From contig CAWJBB010000040.1 in NCBI GenBank assembly GCA_963840855.1, forward strand, positions 1-64,000: 64,000 bases of DNA. Reading direction: 5' to 3'. Below are positions 51,069 to 60,404 of the stretch, piece by piece (position 1 is the first letter of the stretch; the number at the start of each line of letters is the position of its first letter). Below the pieces are notes generated by a model. That model searched no databases. It was not told the DNA's origin and worked only from the letters and a program-made list of their open reading frames with translations. The DNA is from an uncultured delta proteobacterium. Lineage in GTDB: Bacteria > Desulfobacterota > Binatia > UBA9968. Made by a program: the position numbers and the translations under genes.

Positions 51069-52056
51069 CTACCGCTTTTTCCGGTTAGGATGACTGAAAT
51101 TAAGTACCCAGCTGAACAAGCTATTTCCCAGTTTGCTTACAATCAGAGCGGACGAATCGTTTTTAATGAGATGACCGTCCGGCCGAATAAATTGATCAAA
51201 GTGAAACTTATTACGAGCAAGAGTAGTTACGAATTCTAATGAAGGGAAGCGACTAAGAACATGCTCAACGCGCATGCTTGGGTCTTTGTCGTGTTCCCAG
51301 TGACGTAGAAACTGATGACGGATTTGGTCACTTCGTTGGAATGACTCCTTATTGTTTCGCGGGGACAACATTAGGAGGAAATCGGCGAACTCTATCGACT
51401 CAGGTTTCATATCTAAGTCGAAAATTACCGTTATGGGTTCTCCATCTCTCGCTGAAGAGTCCAACAACGATCGAAAAAAATTCGATAACTCGCTGCAAAG
51501 ATCTTTTGCAAATATCGCATCCTCAGGTTCGTGCCAAACGAACATGCGGAATGTTCTCTCGCTATCGTCCAATACGTCCCTGGCGGACAAATTACTTTGG
51601 CGACGATATATTCCTACGGTTCCAGGTGTAGCTTTCTGTTTCTCGGATTTGGCCTCACCCAAAGTCAGTTTTGCTGCTTGGCGTGTCGCACCAAGCTTCT
51701 CGATTGCGCGCACGATCTTGTCGCGGTTCGCGATATCCTCCGTATGTTGACCCTGGAAACCAAACGGAATCCTATCTGCTTCGAGTCGTGACGTCTTGGT
51801 TGCGACGAGCTTACGATGTTTTAGCCCAAAACGTGCTTCATCGCGCACAAAGTTCGACTTGACTGATGTCTCGCTCCAGATGACTACAACGGCGCGAGCT
51901 TTGGAAAATGCAGCCTGAATTGCATCGGTGAAATCATCAGAAGCTAAAAGCTCGACGTCCCACCAAACCTGAAAGCCCAGCGATTGCAAATATTGTCCGA
52001 GTTCTTCGGCTAGAGCGCGGTCCTGGGCGTGCGTAGGAAATCACTACGTCAGACAT
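51069..52056 (-). CDS. TIR-domain protein with a second TIR-like domain, frameshifted near 52025
   Basis: MSDVVISYA/.DRALAEEL..G.QVWWD, VVVIWS..SV.SNFVRDEA; lower GC than neighbours. Confidence 0.78.
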
Positions 52057-52115
52057 GAATCCCACTATATCTGTTTTACGAGATATTCGAGAATATCCAT
52101 GTGGCACCCTAGTGG

Positions 52116-52358
52116 CTATCTGAACTCGCTGGCAAACGCGGCCGCAATGGCCGGATCAGCGAAACGCCACCGAATAACCGCACCATCAGCATCGTGCGTG
52201 CCATGCCCGCGCTGTGGCTTGATGCCATGCTGTGCATGAAAGTCGTACATCGCATCGAGTCGCGTAACCAGGCCGCCAGGCGGAACGATGATGTCGACGT
52301 GGTGCGGAAATTCCTGTTCAGTCCGCCATGCTTTTAGTTGGCCTTTGTAGCGGGACAT
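52116..52358 (-). CDS. small hypothetical protein
   Basis: 80-aa ORF, FPHHV..VPPGG, WRFADP..A.AF..EF. Confidence 0.6.
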   Translation of the reverse strand: MSRYKGQLKAWRTEQEFPHHVDIIVPPGGLVTRLDAMYDFHAQHGIKPQRGHGTHDADGAVIRWRFADPAIAAAFASEFR

Positions 52359-52546
52359 CTCGATGACTTTCTAAGTGGGTACGGACTCATGGAATGACAG
52401 GTGCTGTCACACCGCGCACGTTGCTAAGATACCGCAAGGAGGACGAATTTTTTTCAAAAGGTAGGTTTTTGACGAACTCACCGCGCCGAATCGCCAGATG
52501 ATACTTCCGAACATTTTTTTGGGAGGCGTTCATGATGAAATCATTA

Positions 52547-52830
52547 GACGTATAGGACATTTAAACAACCTTTTTTTCTGATCGGAGCTATATCGCCAGC
52601 CCGGCGAGTTGTCAATCGTCTTTCTGTTGATGAAAATCCCAATCTTGCTTCGGCTGGCTTGGGCGGCGTAGTGGTCGGTGGCGCGCGAAGTGTTCCAGAT
52701 CGCGCCGCACGCTCGAACTCAGAGCGAGCGGCGCCGTCGGCTTGCGTTGGCAAGCGGTTTTCGGCTCTCAGATTGTCTGGAATAAATCGACTCGCTGCGC
52801 CGGCGAGCGCGGCGGGGCGTTGGTGGCGAG
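52547..52830 (-). mobile_element. IS91/ISCR-like fragment 3 (oriIS end plus last ~20 codons)
   Basis: PPRSPAQRVDLFQTI* and end motif nearly identical to 43021. Confidence 0.82.
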
Positions 52831-52865
52831 CCAGCCTATAGGCGGATGCGGCTCCTGGGTGACGG

Positions 52866-53045
52866 CTAAATAGCCGCGGGCTGGTCGAGCTCGAAGCCGA
52901 GGTCCTCGATCATGCGGTGCGCGTCCGAGGCTTCTTGACCGGGTGTCGTCAGATAGCCATTGACAAAGATCGAGTTCGCTGGATAGAGGCTGAGCGGCTG
53001 CAGCGAGCGCAGATTCACTTCGCGGCCGCCGGCGACCCGAATCTC
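52866..53045 (-). pseudogene. bioB: biotin synthase C-terminal fragment
   Basis: Translates as [37 protein letters not shown]...MIEDLGF. Confidence 0.75.
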
Positions 53046-54036
53046 TATAAATACCTCGGCTGCGGGGATCTAAGAAAAGGCTTTGCCCGGATCAAGTGCA
53101 AGGAATGCCAGCATGAGGTTCTTCTCGCCTTCTCCTGTAAGGGACGCTACTTCTGCCCCTCATGGCATCAAAAAAGAGTGTTGATGTTTGGGGAATGGAT
53201 CACCGAAGATATTCTTTACCCGCTACCCCATAGGCAATATGTTTTTACGATTCCTAAGATGCTCCGTCCCTATTTCAGATTCGATAGAAAGCTCCTGGGG
53301 AAGCTCAGCCAATGCGCCTATCAGTCTCTCAAAGAGTTCTTCCAAACAACCCTCAACCGGAAAGAAGCCATCCCCGGGGTGGTAGTCTCGATCCAAACCT
53401 TCGGCGACCTGATTAATTTTCACCCCCACCTGCACTGTCTGGTCACCGACGGCTGCTTTATGGCCAACGACTGGTTTTACGTTCTGCCGGAAATTGACGT
53501 CAAAAAGCTGGAAAGCCTTTTTCGTCACAAAGTCCTAAAGCTCTTGCTCAGCGAGAAAAGGATCAGCGAGGAGCTGGTCGAAAAGCTCCTCTCCTGGAAA
53601 AATTCCGGTTTCAGCGTTCACAATCAGGTCAAAATCAAAAGCCGGGACCGCCGGGGGCAGGAAAGCCTGGCCCAATATATTCTGCGTTCCCCATTTTCTC
53701 TGGAGGAAATGACTTACCAGCAGCAGACGAAAACGGTTCTCTATCGCTCTAAGATGAACCCCGTCCTCAAGAAAAACTTCGCCGTCTTTCCCGTCTTGGA
53801 TTTGATTGCAACCCTCACCACGCATATCCCCAACCAAAGGGAAGCAACTGATCGGCTACTACAGCAATGTATCAAGGGAAAAAAGGAAAAAAGAGAAGCC
53901 CGAAGACAAAACCGAGATTAGCGAGATCGATGCCCCGCCGGCATCCAAGAAATTAAAAAAGCGCTGGTCCTACTTCATCAGGACAGTTTATGAACCAGAC
54001 CCGCTTATTTGTTTCCATAACTGGCACTTGGGGTAA
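53046..54036 (+). pseudogene. second-type IS91-family transposase, truncated and frameshifted
   Basis: Zn domain C..C..FSCKGRYFCPS(W), HPHLH, GFSVH, YILR; frameshift near 53840; W..FI..VYE.DPL.C. Confidence 0.85.
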
Positions 54037-54062
54037 CATCCATCGCTCTCTCCTTCCTTTCT

Positions 54063-55091
54063 CTAGTTGCCTTTTGCCTTATCCCTCGGGAACAAGTCCC
54101 GCATTTCGGGAATGACCCACAATGGGGGTTGACCATTGGCCACGCGCTGAATATTCGCGTAGCCATTGTGAAACCGCTTGCGAAAACTATCGAACGTGGG
54201 GCCGGCGCTGTGTGGCGTCAAGGTAACATTGGGCAGGGTCAGGAGCGGGTTCGTTGGATCGGGCGGTTCCTTGGCCTGCGTATCGAGCCCGGCTCCCAGA
54301 ATGCGCCCCTGGCGTAGGGCGTCAATCAGCGCTTCTTCCTGCACCACCTCACCGCGACACGTATTGATCAGAATCGCCTTGGGCTGCATGCGTGTCAGGG
54401 CCTTGGCATCGATCATGTCTCGCGTGGCGTCATTGAGTGGCACATGCAAGCTCACCACATCGGCCGTTTCCAGCAGCGTCTCGAGGGGAACGTAGCGCAC
54501 GTTCAGGCGCGCTTCTTCCTCAGGACTGCGCCGGATCGGATCGTAATAAATGATGGTGACATCAAAACCCTGCAGGCGACGGGCCACCTGCTGGCCAATA
54601 TTGCCCATGCCCACCAGCCCGACGGTTTTCCCCTCCAGCTCAAGAACGTCCACGGTGCGTGGTATTCCCCGGTGCCACCGACTAGCGGCCACATTGGGAT
54701 GGAAAGTTACCAGCTTACGGTATACCGCCAGAATGAGCATTATCGTATGCTCCGCCACTGCCACTGAGTTGGCACCGCCGTTAGAACAGATGGGGATGCG
54801 TGCGGCACGGGCGCCAGCGATATTGACCCGATCATAGCCGGCACTCAGCACCTGCACCAGTCGCAGCCGCGACGCCCGGGCATAGGCCTTATCCGGCAGG
54901 AAGCGCACAAATCCCATAAGGTACTCCGCCTCCTGCATAGCGGCAGCAATGTCCTCGGCACTGGCGTCCGCTGGCAGAACATGCAACGTAAATCCCGGTG
55001 GCTTCATCGCCTGCGCCTGGGTCAGCAGGTCCGCTGGCAACTCACCCCCTTGTGTAAAGACAATTGTTTCTTGCGCCATGATTGTCTCCAT
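54063..55091 (-). CDS. D-isomer-specific 2-hydroxyacid dehydrogenase
   Basis: AGYD, VAEH, GMGNIG, LHVPL, INTCRG, EP, TPH.AG. Confidence 0.92.
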   Translation of the reverse strand: METIMAQETIVFTQGGELPADLLTQAQAMKPPGFTLHVLPADASAEDIAAAMQEAEYLMGFVRFLPDKAYARASRLRLVQVLSAGYDRVNIAGARAARIPICSNGGANSVAVAEHTIMLILAVYRKLVTFHPNVAASRWHRGIPRTVDVLELEGKTVGLVGMGNIGQQVARRLQGFDVTIIYYDPIRRSPEEEARLNVRYVPLETLLETADVVSLHVPLNDATRDMIDAKALTRMQPKAILINTCRGEVVQEEALIDALRQGRILGAGLDTQAKEPPDPTNPLLTLPNVTLTPHSAGPTFDSFRKRFHNGYANIQRVANGQPPLWVIPEMRDLFPRDKAKGN

Positions 55092-55135
55092 CCCCTTCCA
55101 ACATGCGCACCGCTTCTCATGGCAGCGGACGAACC

Positions 55136-55381
55136 TCGATCCATAACTACGGTTCGACCGTTCGAGTCCCTCACGGCCCTGAGGGAGGATCGAAGGGTAA
55201 ACTCACCGCCCCGAGGAAGATCGAGGGACAGCCTCAGCCAAAGGCTCATCCGCCTTAGGTGGAAGTTAATTTAAAAGCTTCTGTACCCTAACCCGGAGCC
55301 AATGTCGATCCTTGCTCACTCAAGCCGATTAAGTTTGACATAGGACCACCTTATCGGATACTGTTCTCCGCCCAAAACGGC
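55136..55381 (+). repeat. ~245-bp direct repeat copy A (IS91 3' region with REP insert and outward promoter)
   Basis: Near-identical to 60089-60329; TTGACA 55335, GATACT 55357. Confidence 0.8.
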
Positions 55382-55581
55382 CATGGGAGGGCCCGTTTGC
55401 TCTTTCCAGTAACTGCTTAGGTTTCGAGGGCTGGGCTAAGCCACTGGTAGCGGTGCAATTCATCTGCGTTCCGAACCGGCGCGTGAAAAGTAATTTTGTA
55501 TCATCGATCGAGTTCGAGATCGTCCCCGTGGTCCCGTCCGCCGAAACCCGCCAAGCCATCGAGCCGCTGCTCTAGGCGCAC

Positions 55582-55725
55582 ATGAAAGCGCGCAGATCGG
55601 TCGTCCACCTCACTCACCTCGGCGCCGCCGGATGGGAGATCACCGACGGCAAGCGTGTGATTCTGCTCGATCCGTATCTCTCTCGATTGCGGATCACCGG
55701 ACAGTTTGGGACGTACACCACGACG
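55582..55725 (+). pseudogene. metallo-beta-lactamase-fold protein N-terminal fragment
   Basis: LTHLG.AGWEITDG..VILLDPYLSR; similarity ends before the HxHxDH motif. Confidence 0.6.
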
Positions 55726-55772
55726 ACGCGGGCGCGCGTGCGCGTCTCGTTCATCCGAGGATACCCGGGCGG

Positions 55773-57185
55773 CTACGTGACCCGCGCCGGCCATACCGGC
55801 GCGTGGTACCCGAGCGGCACGGTCGGTCGCGCCCAGCGCGGCGGCGTTTCGGAAAGGCGCAGAACCGGCGCGAGATGGTGCAGCCGACCGACCGGAGTAT
55901 CGCTCGCCATCGACCAGCGGTCCAGCTCCGCTGGGGTGAATTCCTTTGGCACGTCCTTCAGCTCGGCCTCCGGCACCTGGCCGCGTCCGACGAGCCAGCG
56001 TCCAGTCTGAACGAGCGAGATCCGCACAAGCCAGCTGCCGCCCTCGCGCGCGCGGCGCGCGAGCGCCACCATCGCGCCGAACGCCATCAGATAGCCGGTG
56101 AGGTAGTCGATCGCCGATACCGGATAGAACTGCGGGCCCGGCGTGGTACCGGGGAACAGCTCGCCCTGGCGGCTGGTGATACCGCTGACCGTTTGCACCA
56201 CCGTGTCGAAACCGCGCCGCGACGCCCACGGCCCGATGTGGCTGAAGGCGCACAGCGAGACGAACACGATGCCGGGCCGCAGCTTCGCAAGTGACTCGGG
56301 CGAGAACCCGCGATCGCCGAGCGTGCCCGGCCGGTAGCCCTGGGAGAACACGTCTGCCTCGCGGACCAGTCCGCGCAAGGTCTCGACGTCCTTCGGTTCG
56401 CGCAGATCTAGGTGGGCTGAGAACTTGCCATGGCCGGTGTCGTACTCCTGGTAGCCGAGATTCGGCAGGTGCTTCGCGGTGATCTTCAACACATCGGCAC
56501 CGTGCTCGGCGAGCGTGCGTGCGCAGGTCGGCCCGGCGAGGACGCGCGTGAGGTCGAGCACACGAATGCCCGACAACGGCCGATCGCCATCGGGGAGCTT
56601 TTCCGCCGGGCTGTCGCCGATCTTGATGATCTCCATCAGCGGCAGCGAGGCGATCGCGGCGGCTTGCGGATGCTTGGCCCACTCGTCCATGGTGCGCACC
56701 ATGCCGCCGGCGCCCTTCGCGGCGATGATCGCCTCCTCGAGTGCGAGCGCGTCCCACTCGGCCACTGCTTTGCGCACCGCCTCGCGATCTTCCGGCACGC
56801 CGAGCACGCTGAGCGCGGCGGCACGATGGTTCGGGAAGTTGCAGTGGAGATAGCTCCAACGGCCGTTCTTGGCGGGATAGACTCCCATCACCACGTTGCG
56901 CTCAGTCGACACGGGCGCGCCGTCCAGCTTCATGTAATGCCCACTGCGGAGCGAGGCGGTCGCTTGCCGGGTATCGACCGCGACCTCCTGTCGACGCCCG
57001 GTGCGCAATTCCCACAGCTCGGAGACGGCGAGGCCGACCGCCGCGAGCGCGGCGGCGCTGGTCTCGCCGATGCGGAACGGCGTGGGCAGGATTGGATCGG
57101 CGACTCCGGTGATTTCGACGGCGCGGGCGCGCTCGGCGTTCCACCCGGCGACGGGAAGAATCGTGCGCAGCGCAGCGTGGCTCAT
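55773..57185 (-). CDS. family III CoA-transferase (CaiB/BaiF-like)
   Basis: PLSGIRVLDLTRVLAGP..LAEHGADV, ADVF.QGYRP, RRGFD. Confidence 0.9.
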   Translation of the reverse strand: MSHAALRTILPVAGWNAERARAVEITGVADPILPTPFRIGETSAAALAAVGLAVSELWELRTGRRQEVAVDTRQATASLRSGHYMKLDGAPVSTERNVVMGVYPAKNGRWSYLHCNFPNHRAAALSVLGVPEDREAVRKAVAEWDALALEEAIIAAKGAGGMVRTMDEWAKHPQAAAIASLPLMEIIKIGDSPAEKLPDGDRPLSGIRVLDLTRVLAGPTCARTLAEHGADVLKITAKHLPNLGYQEYDTGHGKFSAHLDLREPKDVETLRGLVREADVFSQGYRPGTLGDRGFSPESLAKLRPGIVFVSLCAFSHIGPWASRRGFDTVVQTVSGITSRQGELFPGTTPGPQFYPVSAIDYLTGYLMAFGAMVALARRAREGGSWLVRISLVQTGRWLVGRGQVPEAELKDVPKEFTPAELDRWSMASDTPVGRLHHLAPVLRLSETPPRWARPTVPLGYHAPVWPARVT

Positions 57186-58336
57186 GGCTTCTCCTCGAAC
57201 AACGCGAGATCGATCGCGTCGCCCATCGCGCGATAGCCGAGGTCGCTCGGGTGAAGGTGATCGCCGCAATCGTACTTGGGCAGCATCCGGGTCGGGTGGT
57301 CCGGATCGCGCAATGCCCGATCGAAATCGACGATCGCGTCGAACGCGTCCGTCTTCCGCAGCCACTCGTTGACCTCCTGGCGAATCGCTTCGCGCTTCGG
57401 GTTCCACGCGCCGGGAAGGAACGTCTCGTTCTCGAACGGAGTGAGCGTGGCGACGATGACTTGTATTCCACGCGCGTGGCCGCGCACGGCGAATTGCTTC
57501 AGCCCCCCGATCATCTGCGGCGCGGTAACCTCTTCCTCGGGTTTGCCGTTACGGTTCCGCAGATCATTGGTGCCCAGCATGATGACGGCGTGGGTGACGC
57601 CGGGCTGCGCCAGCACGTCGCGGTCGAAACGACGCAGGCCGCTGTCGCCGCGGATATCGTGCAGGATACGGTTTCCGCCGAGCCCCTGGTTCATCACCGC
57701 CATCGGCCGTCCGCTCTGCCGTGCCATGAGCCGGCGCGCGAGCTGAGAGGGCCAGCTGTGATGACCGTCATGGGTCGAGATGTTGGCGTCGGTCAGCGAG
57801 TCGCCGACCGCGACGACGGCGCCCGTCTCTCGCGGCGCGACGACATCGATGCCGGACACGAAGTACCAATCATCCGTCAGGCGGCCGACCGGCATGATCT
57901 CTGCGGCGGAGAAATCTCCCGGCGGCGAGATGTAGTTGGTCTGTCGCGCATAACGCCCGGTGATTCCGAAGCTCGCCGGCAGATCGGCCGGCAGGTGCAC
58001 GCTGACGGCGAGGTCCGACAACGGCGCGAATGCGAGCTCGACTGGATCGCTGACGACGAGCGCGCCGACGGCGATCGTGGCGCCGGCTTCACCACCGAAC
58101 GTGATCCTCCGGCTGGAGCCGGGCACGACCGCGGGCCCCACGCTCCGCAGGCCGACGCAGGCTGCACCGATCGCCAACGGCCGCGTGCCGTACGCATTCG
58201 AGATGCGCACGCGTAGCGCGCTGCCGCCGATGCTGACGCGCGGAATCATGCGCAGCGTGTGGTTGCCGAACGCCGCGCCTTCCGCGGGCGCCGGCGCCGC
58301 AGTCCAGGTCCCGACCCAGTGCGTGTTGTCCCTCAT
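57182..58336 (-). CDS. SGNH/GDSL hydrolase
   Basis: GDSLTD, NQG.GGN, GTND, D.LHP. Confidence 0.92.
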   Translation of the reverse strand: MRDNTHWVGTWTAAPAPAEGAAFGNHTLRMIPRVSIGGSALRVRISNAYGTRPLAIGAACVGLRSVGPAVVPGSSRRITFGGEAGATIAVGALVVSDPVELAFAPLSDLAVSVHLPADLPASFGITGRYARQTNYISPPGDFSAAEIMPVGRLTDDWYFVSGIDVVAPRETGAVVAVGDSLTDANISTHDGHHSWPSQLARRLMARQSGRPMAVMNQGLGGNRILHDIRGDSGLRRFDRDVLAQPGVTHAVIMLGTNDLRNRNGKPEEEVTAPQMIGGLKQFAVRGHARGIQVIVATLTPFENETFLPGAWNPKREAIRQEVNEWLRKTDAFDAIVDFDRALRDPDHPTRMLPKYDCGDHLHPSDLGYRAMGDAIDLALFEEKP

Positions 58337-58473
58337 GGTGCCTCACTACATCGTCAGGGCTTTTTCCGTCGCATGCGCCGGGCTTCTAGTCGTTGCGCCA
58401 TCTCGGGCATGTGCAGGAGGAGCGTGTACGGCCGATGTTGGGCCGACCCGCTCGGCTCTGCATGAAGGCGTCA

Positions 58474-59256
58474 TCACTTCCCGGCGTCGGCCGCGGCCTG
58501 ACGCATCGTCTTCAGATAGGCCTCGCCGCTCTGCTGGAGCAGTCGGTTCACGCCGCTGTGGAAGTACTGCACGCCCAGTCCCAGGAACTTGGGAATGAGG
58601 TTGTCGGGGCAGCTACACCCGGCGATGCGTCCGGCGCCAGTGATGATCTTGACGCCACGCTCCATCGCCTGCTGCACGTCCGGGTGGGCCTGCTGGCCGG
58701 TGAGCCCCATCGATTGCGAAAGGTCCCCGGACCCGATGAAGTACACGTCCACCCCTGCCACCGTAACCAGATCCGGCAAGTTCTCGATGGCCTCCATTTC
58801 TTCGACCATCACGCACACGAGGGTCTGGCGGTTGGCTTCCCGGGCATAGTCCGCGGTGGCGCCCTTGAAGCCGTAGCCAGCCGGACGACCACCGCTGAAA
58901 ATTCCTCGATGACCCTCCGGGCCGTACTTCACTGCATCGACGGCGGCCCGGGCTTCGTCCGCCGTGTTGACGTGGGGAACCTGCACGCCCCAGGCGCCCC
59001 GATCCAGGAACGGGGCGATGATTTCGGGCTTGTTCCCGACCGGGCGCACGATCGGCGCCATGCCGCTCAGCTCAGCGGCGGCGATGCACGCCTCGGCGGT
59101 GTCGACCGTGATGGAACCATGCTCGTTGTCGAGCAGGATCCAGTCGAAGCCGAGGTGACCGAGCATCTCCACCACGGGCGGCGAGGGGAAGGTGCACATG
59201 ACGCCGAAGGCAGCCTTCCCGGCGTAGAGCCGTTGCTTGAGCGTGTTCTCGCGCAT
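58474..59256 (-). CDS. HpcH/HpaI aldolase family protein
   Basis: GFDW..LD.EHG, VR, LDRGA.G..VP, FIG.GDLS. Confidence 0.92.
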   Translation of the reverse strand: MRENTLKQRLYAGKAAFGVMCTFPSPPVVEMLGHLGFDWILLDNEHGSITVDTAEACIAAAELSGMAPIVRPVGNKPEIIAPFLDRGAWGVQVPHVNTADEARAAVDAVKYGPEGHRGIFSGGRPAGYGFKGATADYAREANRQTLVCVMVEEMEAIENLPDLVTVAGVDVYFIGSGDLSQSMGLTGQQAHPDVQQAMERGVKIITGAGRIAGCSCPDNLIPKFLGLGVQYFHSGVNRLLQQSGEAYLKTMRQAAADAGK

Positions 59257-59262
59257 GATCGT

Positions 59263-59357
59263 CTACACCCTCCTCGGGCGCTTGCCCTCCGCTAGCTCGA
59301 TCAGCGCGTCGTGGATGCGCCGGTCGATCTCGATGCCCTCACGCGCGCGGCGCGCGC
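59263..59357 (-). pseudogene. 3' fragment of an upstream gene (possibly Ldh_2-type oxidoreductase)
   Basis: R..REGIEID..I.DAL..LA C-terminus, cut by an IS91 micro-fragment at 59360. Confidence 0.35.
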
Positions 59358-59399
59358 GGTACTTCATCCGAAAAGTTTATGAAACAGACCCTCACTCGG

Positions 59400-59966
59400 C
59401 TACCGCGGCGGCGTCCAGTCCTTGTGGAGGACACGACGCACCATCGGTTCAAAGGTCGCCATCGGCTCGCTCGCGTAACCGGCGTCGAAGGAGACCTCGT
59501 CGTAGAGCGCACAGAATTCCGCGGTGCGTTCGAAGTGCGGGCTCCCCCGGTACTGCTCGCGCGCGTTATCATCGATCTTCAAGTGGTGCCCGTAGAAGTA
59601 CACCTGGAACACCGGATGGTGCTCGAGCATCCAGCAGTTCGCCTCCGACACAAACGGCCGCAGCACCGCGGCCACGACCTCGCCATGGTTGAACGGCCCG
59701 AGGGACTCGCCGATGTCGTGGAGCAGGGCACACACCACGTACTCCTCGTCGCGCCCGTCGCGCAGGGCGCGCGTGGCCGCTTGCAGGCTGTGCTGGAGGC
59801 GATCGACCGGATAGGCCTCGTCCGCTTTGAGATTCGTCAGGAGCCCGATGAGCAGGTCGGGGAGTTTCCGGATGTTATCCTCGTGCACGCGGGCGAGCAC
59901 CGCGAAATCCGCATCGGTCCCCTGGTCCATCCGCCGGAAGTGCATCTTGCCGATGTCACTCGCCAT
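59400..59966 (-). CDS. HD-domain protein (PhnZ/TmpB-like metalloenzyme)
   Basis: HSLQ.ATRA, ALLHDIG, NH, HH..FQ, D..SFD. Confidence 0.82.
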   Translation of the reverse strand: MASDIGKMHFRRMDQGTDADFAVLARVHEDNIRKLPDLLIGLLTNLKADEAYPVDRLQHSLQAATRALRDGRDEEYVVCALLHDIGESLGPFNHGEVVAAVLRPFVSEANCWMLEHHPVFQVYFYGHHLKIDDNAREQYRGSPHFERTAEFCALYDEVSFDAGYASEPMATFEPMVRRVLHKDWTPPR

Positions 59967-60088
59967 ACCGTTCTCCTTCGCGCGTCACCGCGCAACCGAA
60001 CCCAGACGTGGTACGTGGACGCAAGGATCTGCAGCCTGCCTCGACCCGGACCAGGTTGTACGATTGGCACCAGTCAAAGAGATTACCT

Positions 60089-60329
60089 TCGATCCATCCT
60101 ACGGTTCGACCGTTCGAGTCCCTCACGGCCCTGAGGAGGATCGAAGGGTAAACTTACCGTCCCGAGGAAGATCGAGGGACAGCCTTAGCCAAAGGCTGAT
60201 CTGCCTTAGGTGGAAGTTAATTTAAAAGCTTCTGTACCCTAACTCGGAGCCAATGTCGATCCTTGCTCACGCAAGCCGTCTAAGGTTGACCTAAGATCAC
60301 CTTATCGGATACTCTCCGCCCAAAACGGC
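60089..60329 (+). repeat. ~240-bp direct repeat copy B
   Basis: Preceded by codons for KEITFDPSY; TTGACC 60286, GATACT 60308. Confidence 0.8.
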
Positions 60330-60404
60330 TCTGGCGGTTGAAATATAGATTGCTCGATAATTGACTGCTAAAGCAACAACCACCCACATCTGGAGAAAAA
60401 AACG

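Noticed and set aside
55501-58598. Long alternative-frame ORFs (452, 321, 268, 212 aa)
   Set aside because: Arg/Ala/Gly-rich shadows of the CoA-transferase and SGNH genes in high-GC DNA.
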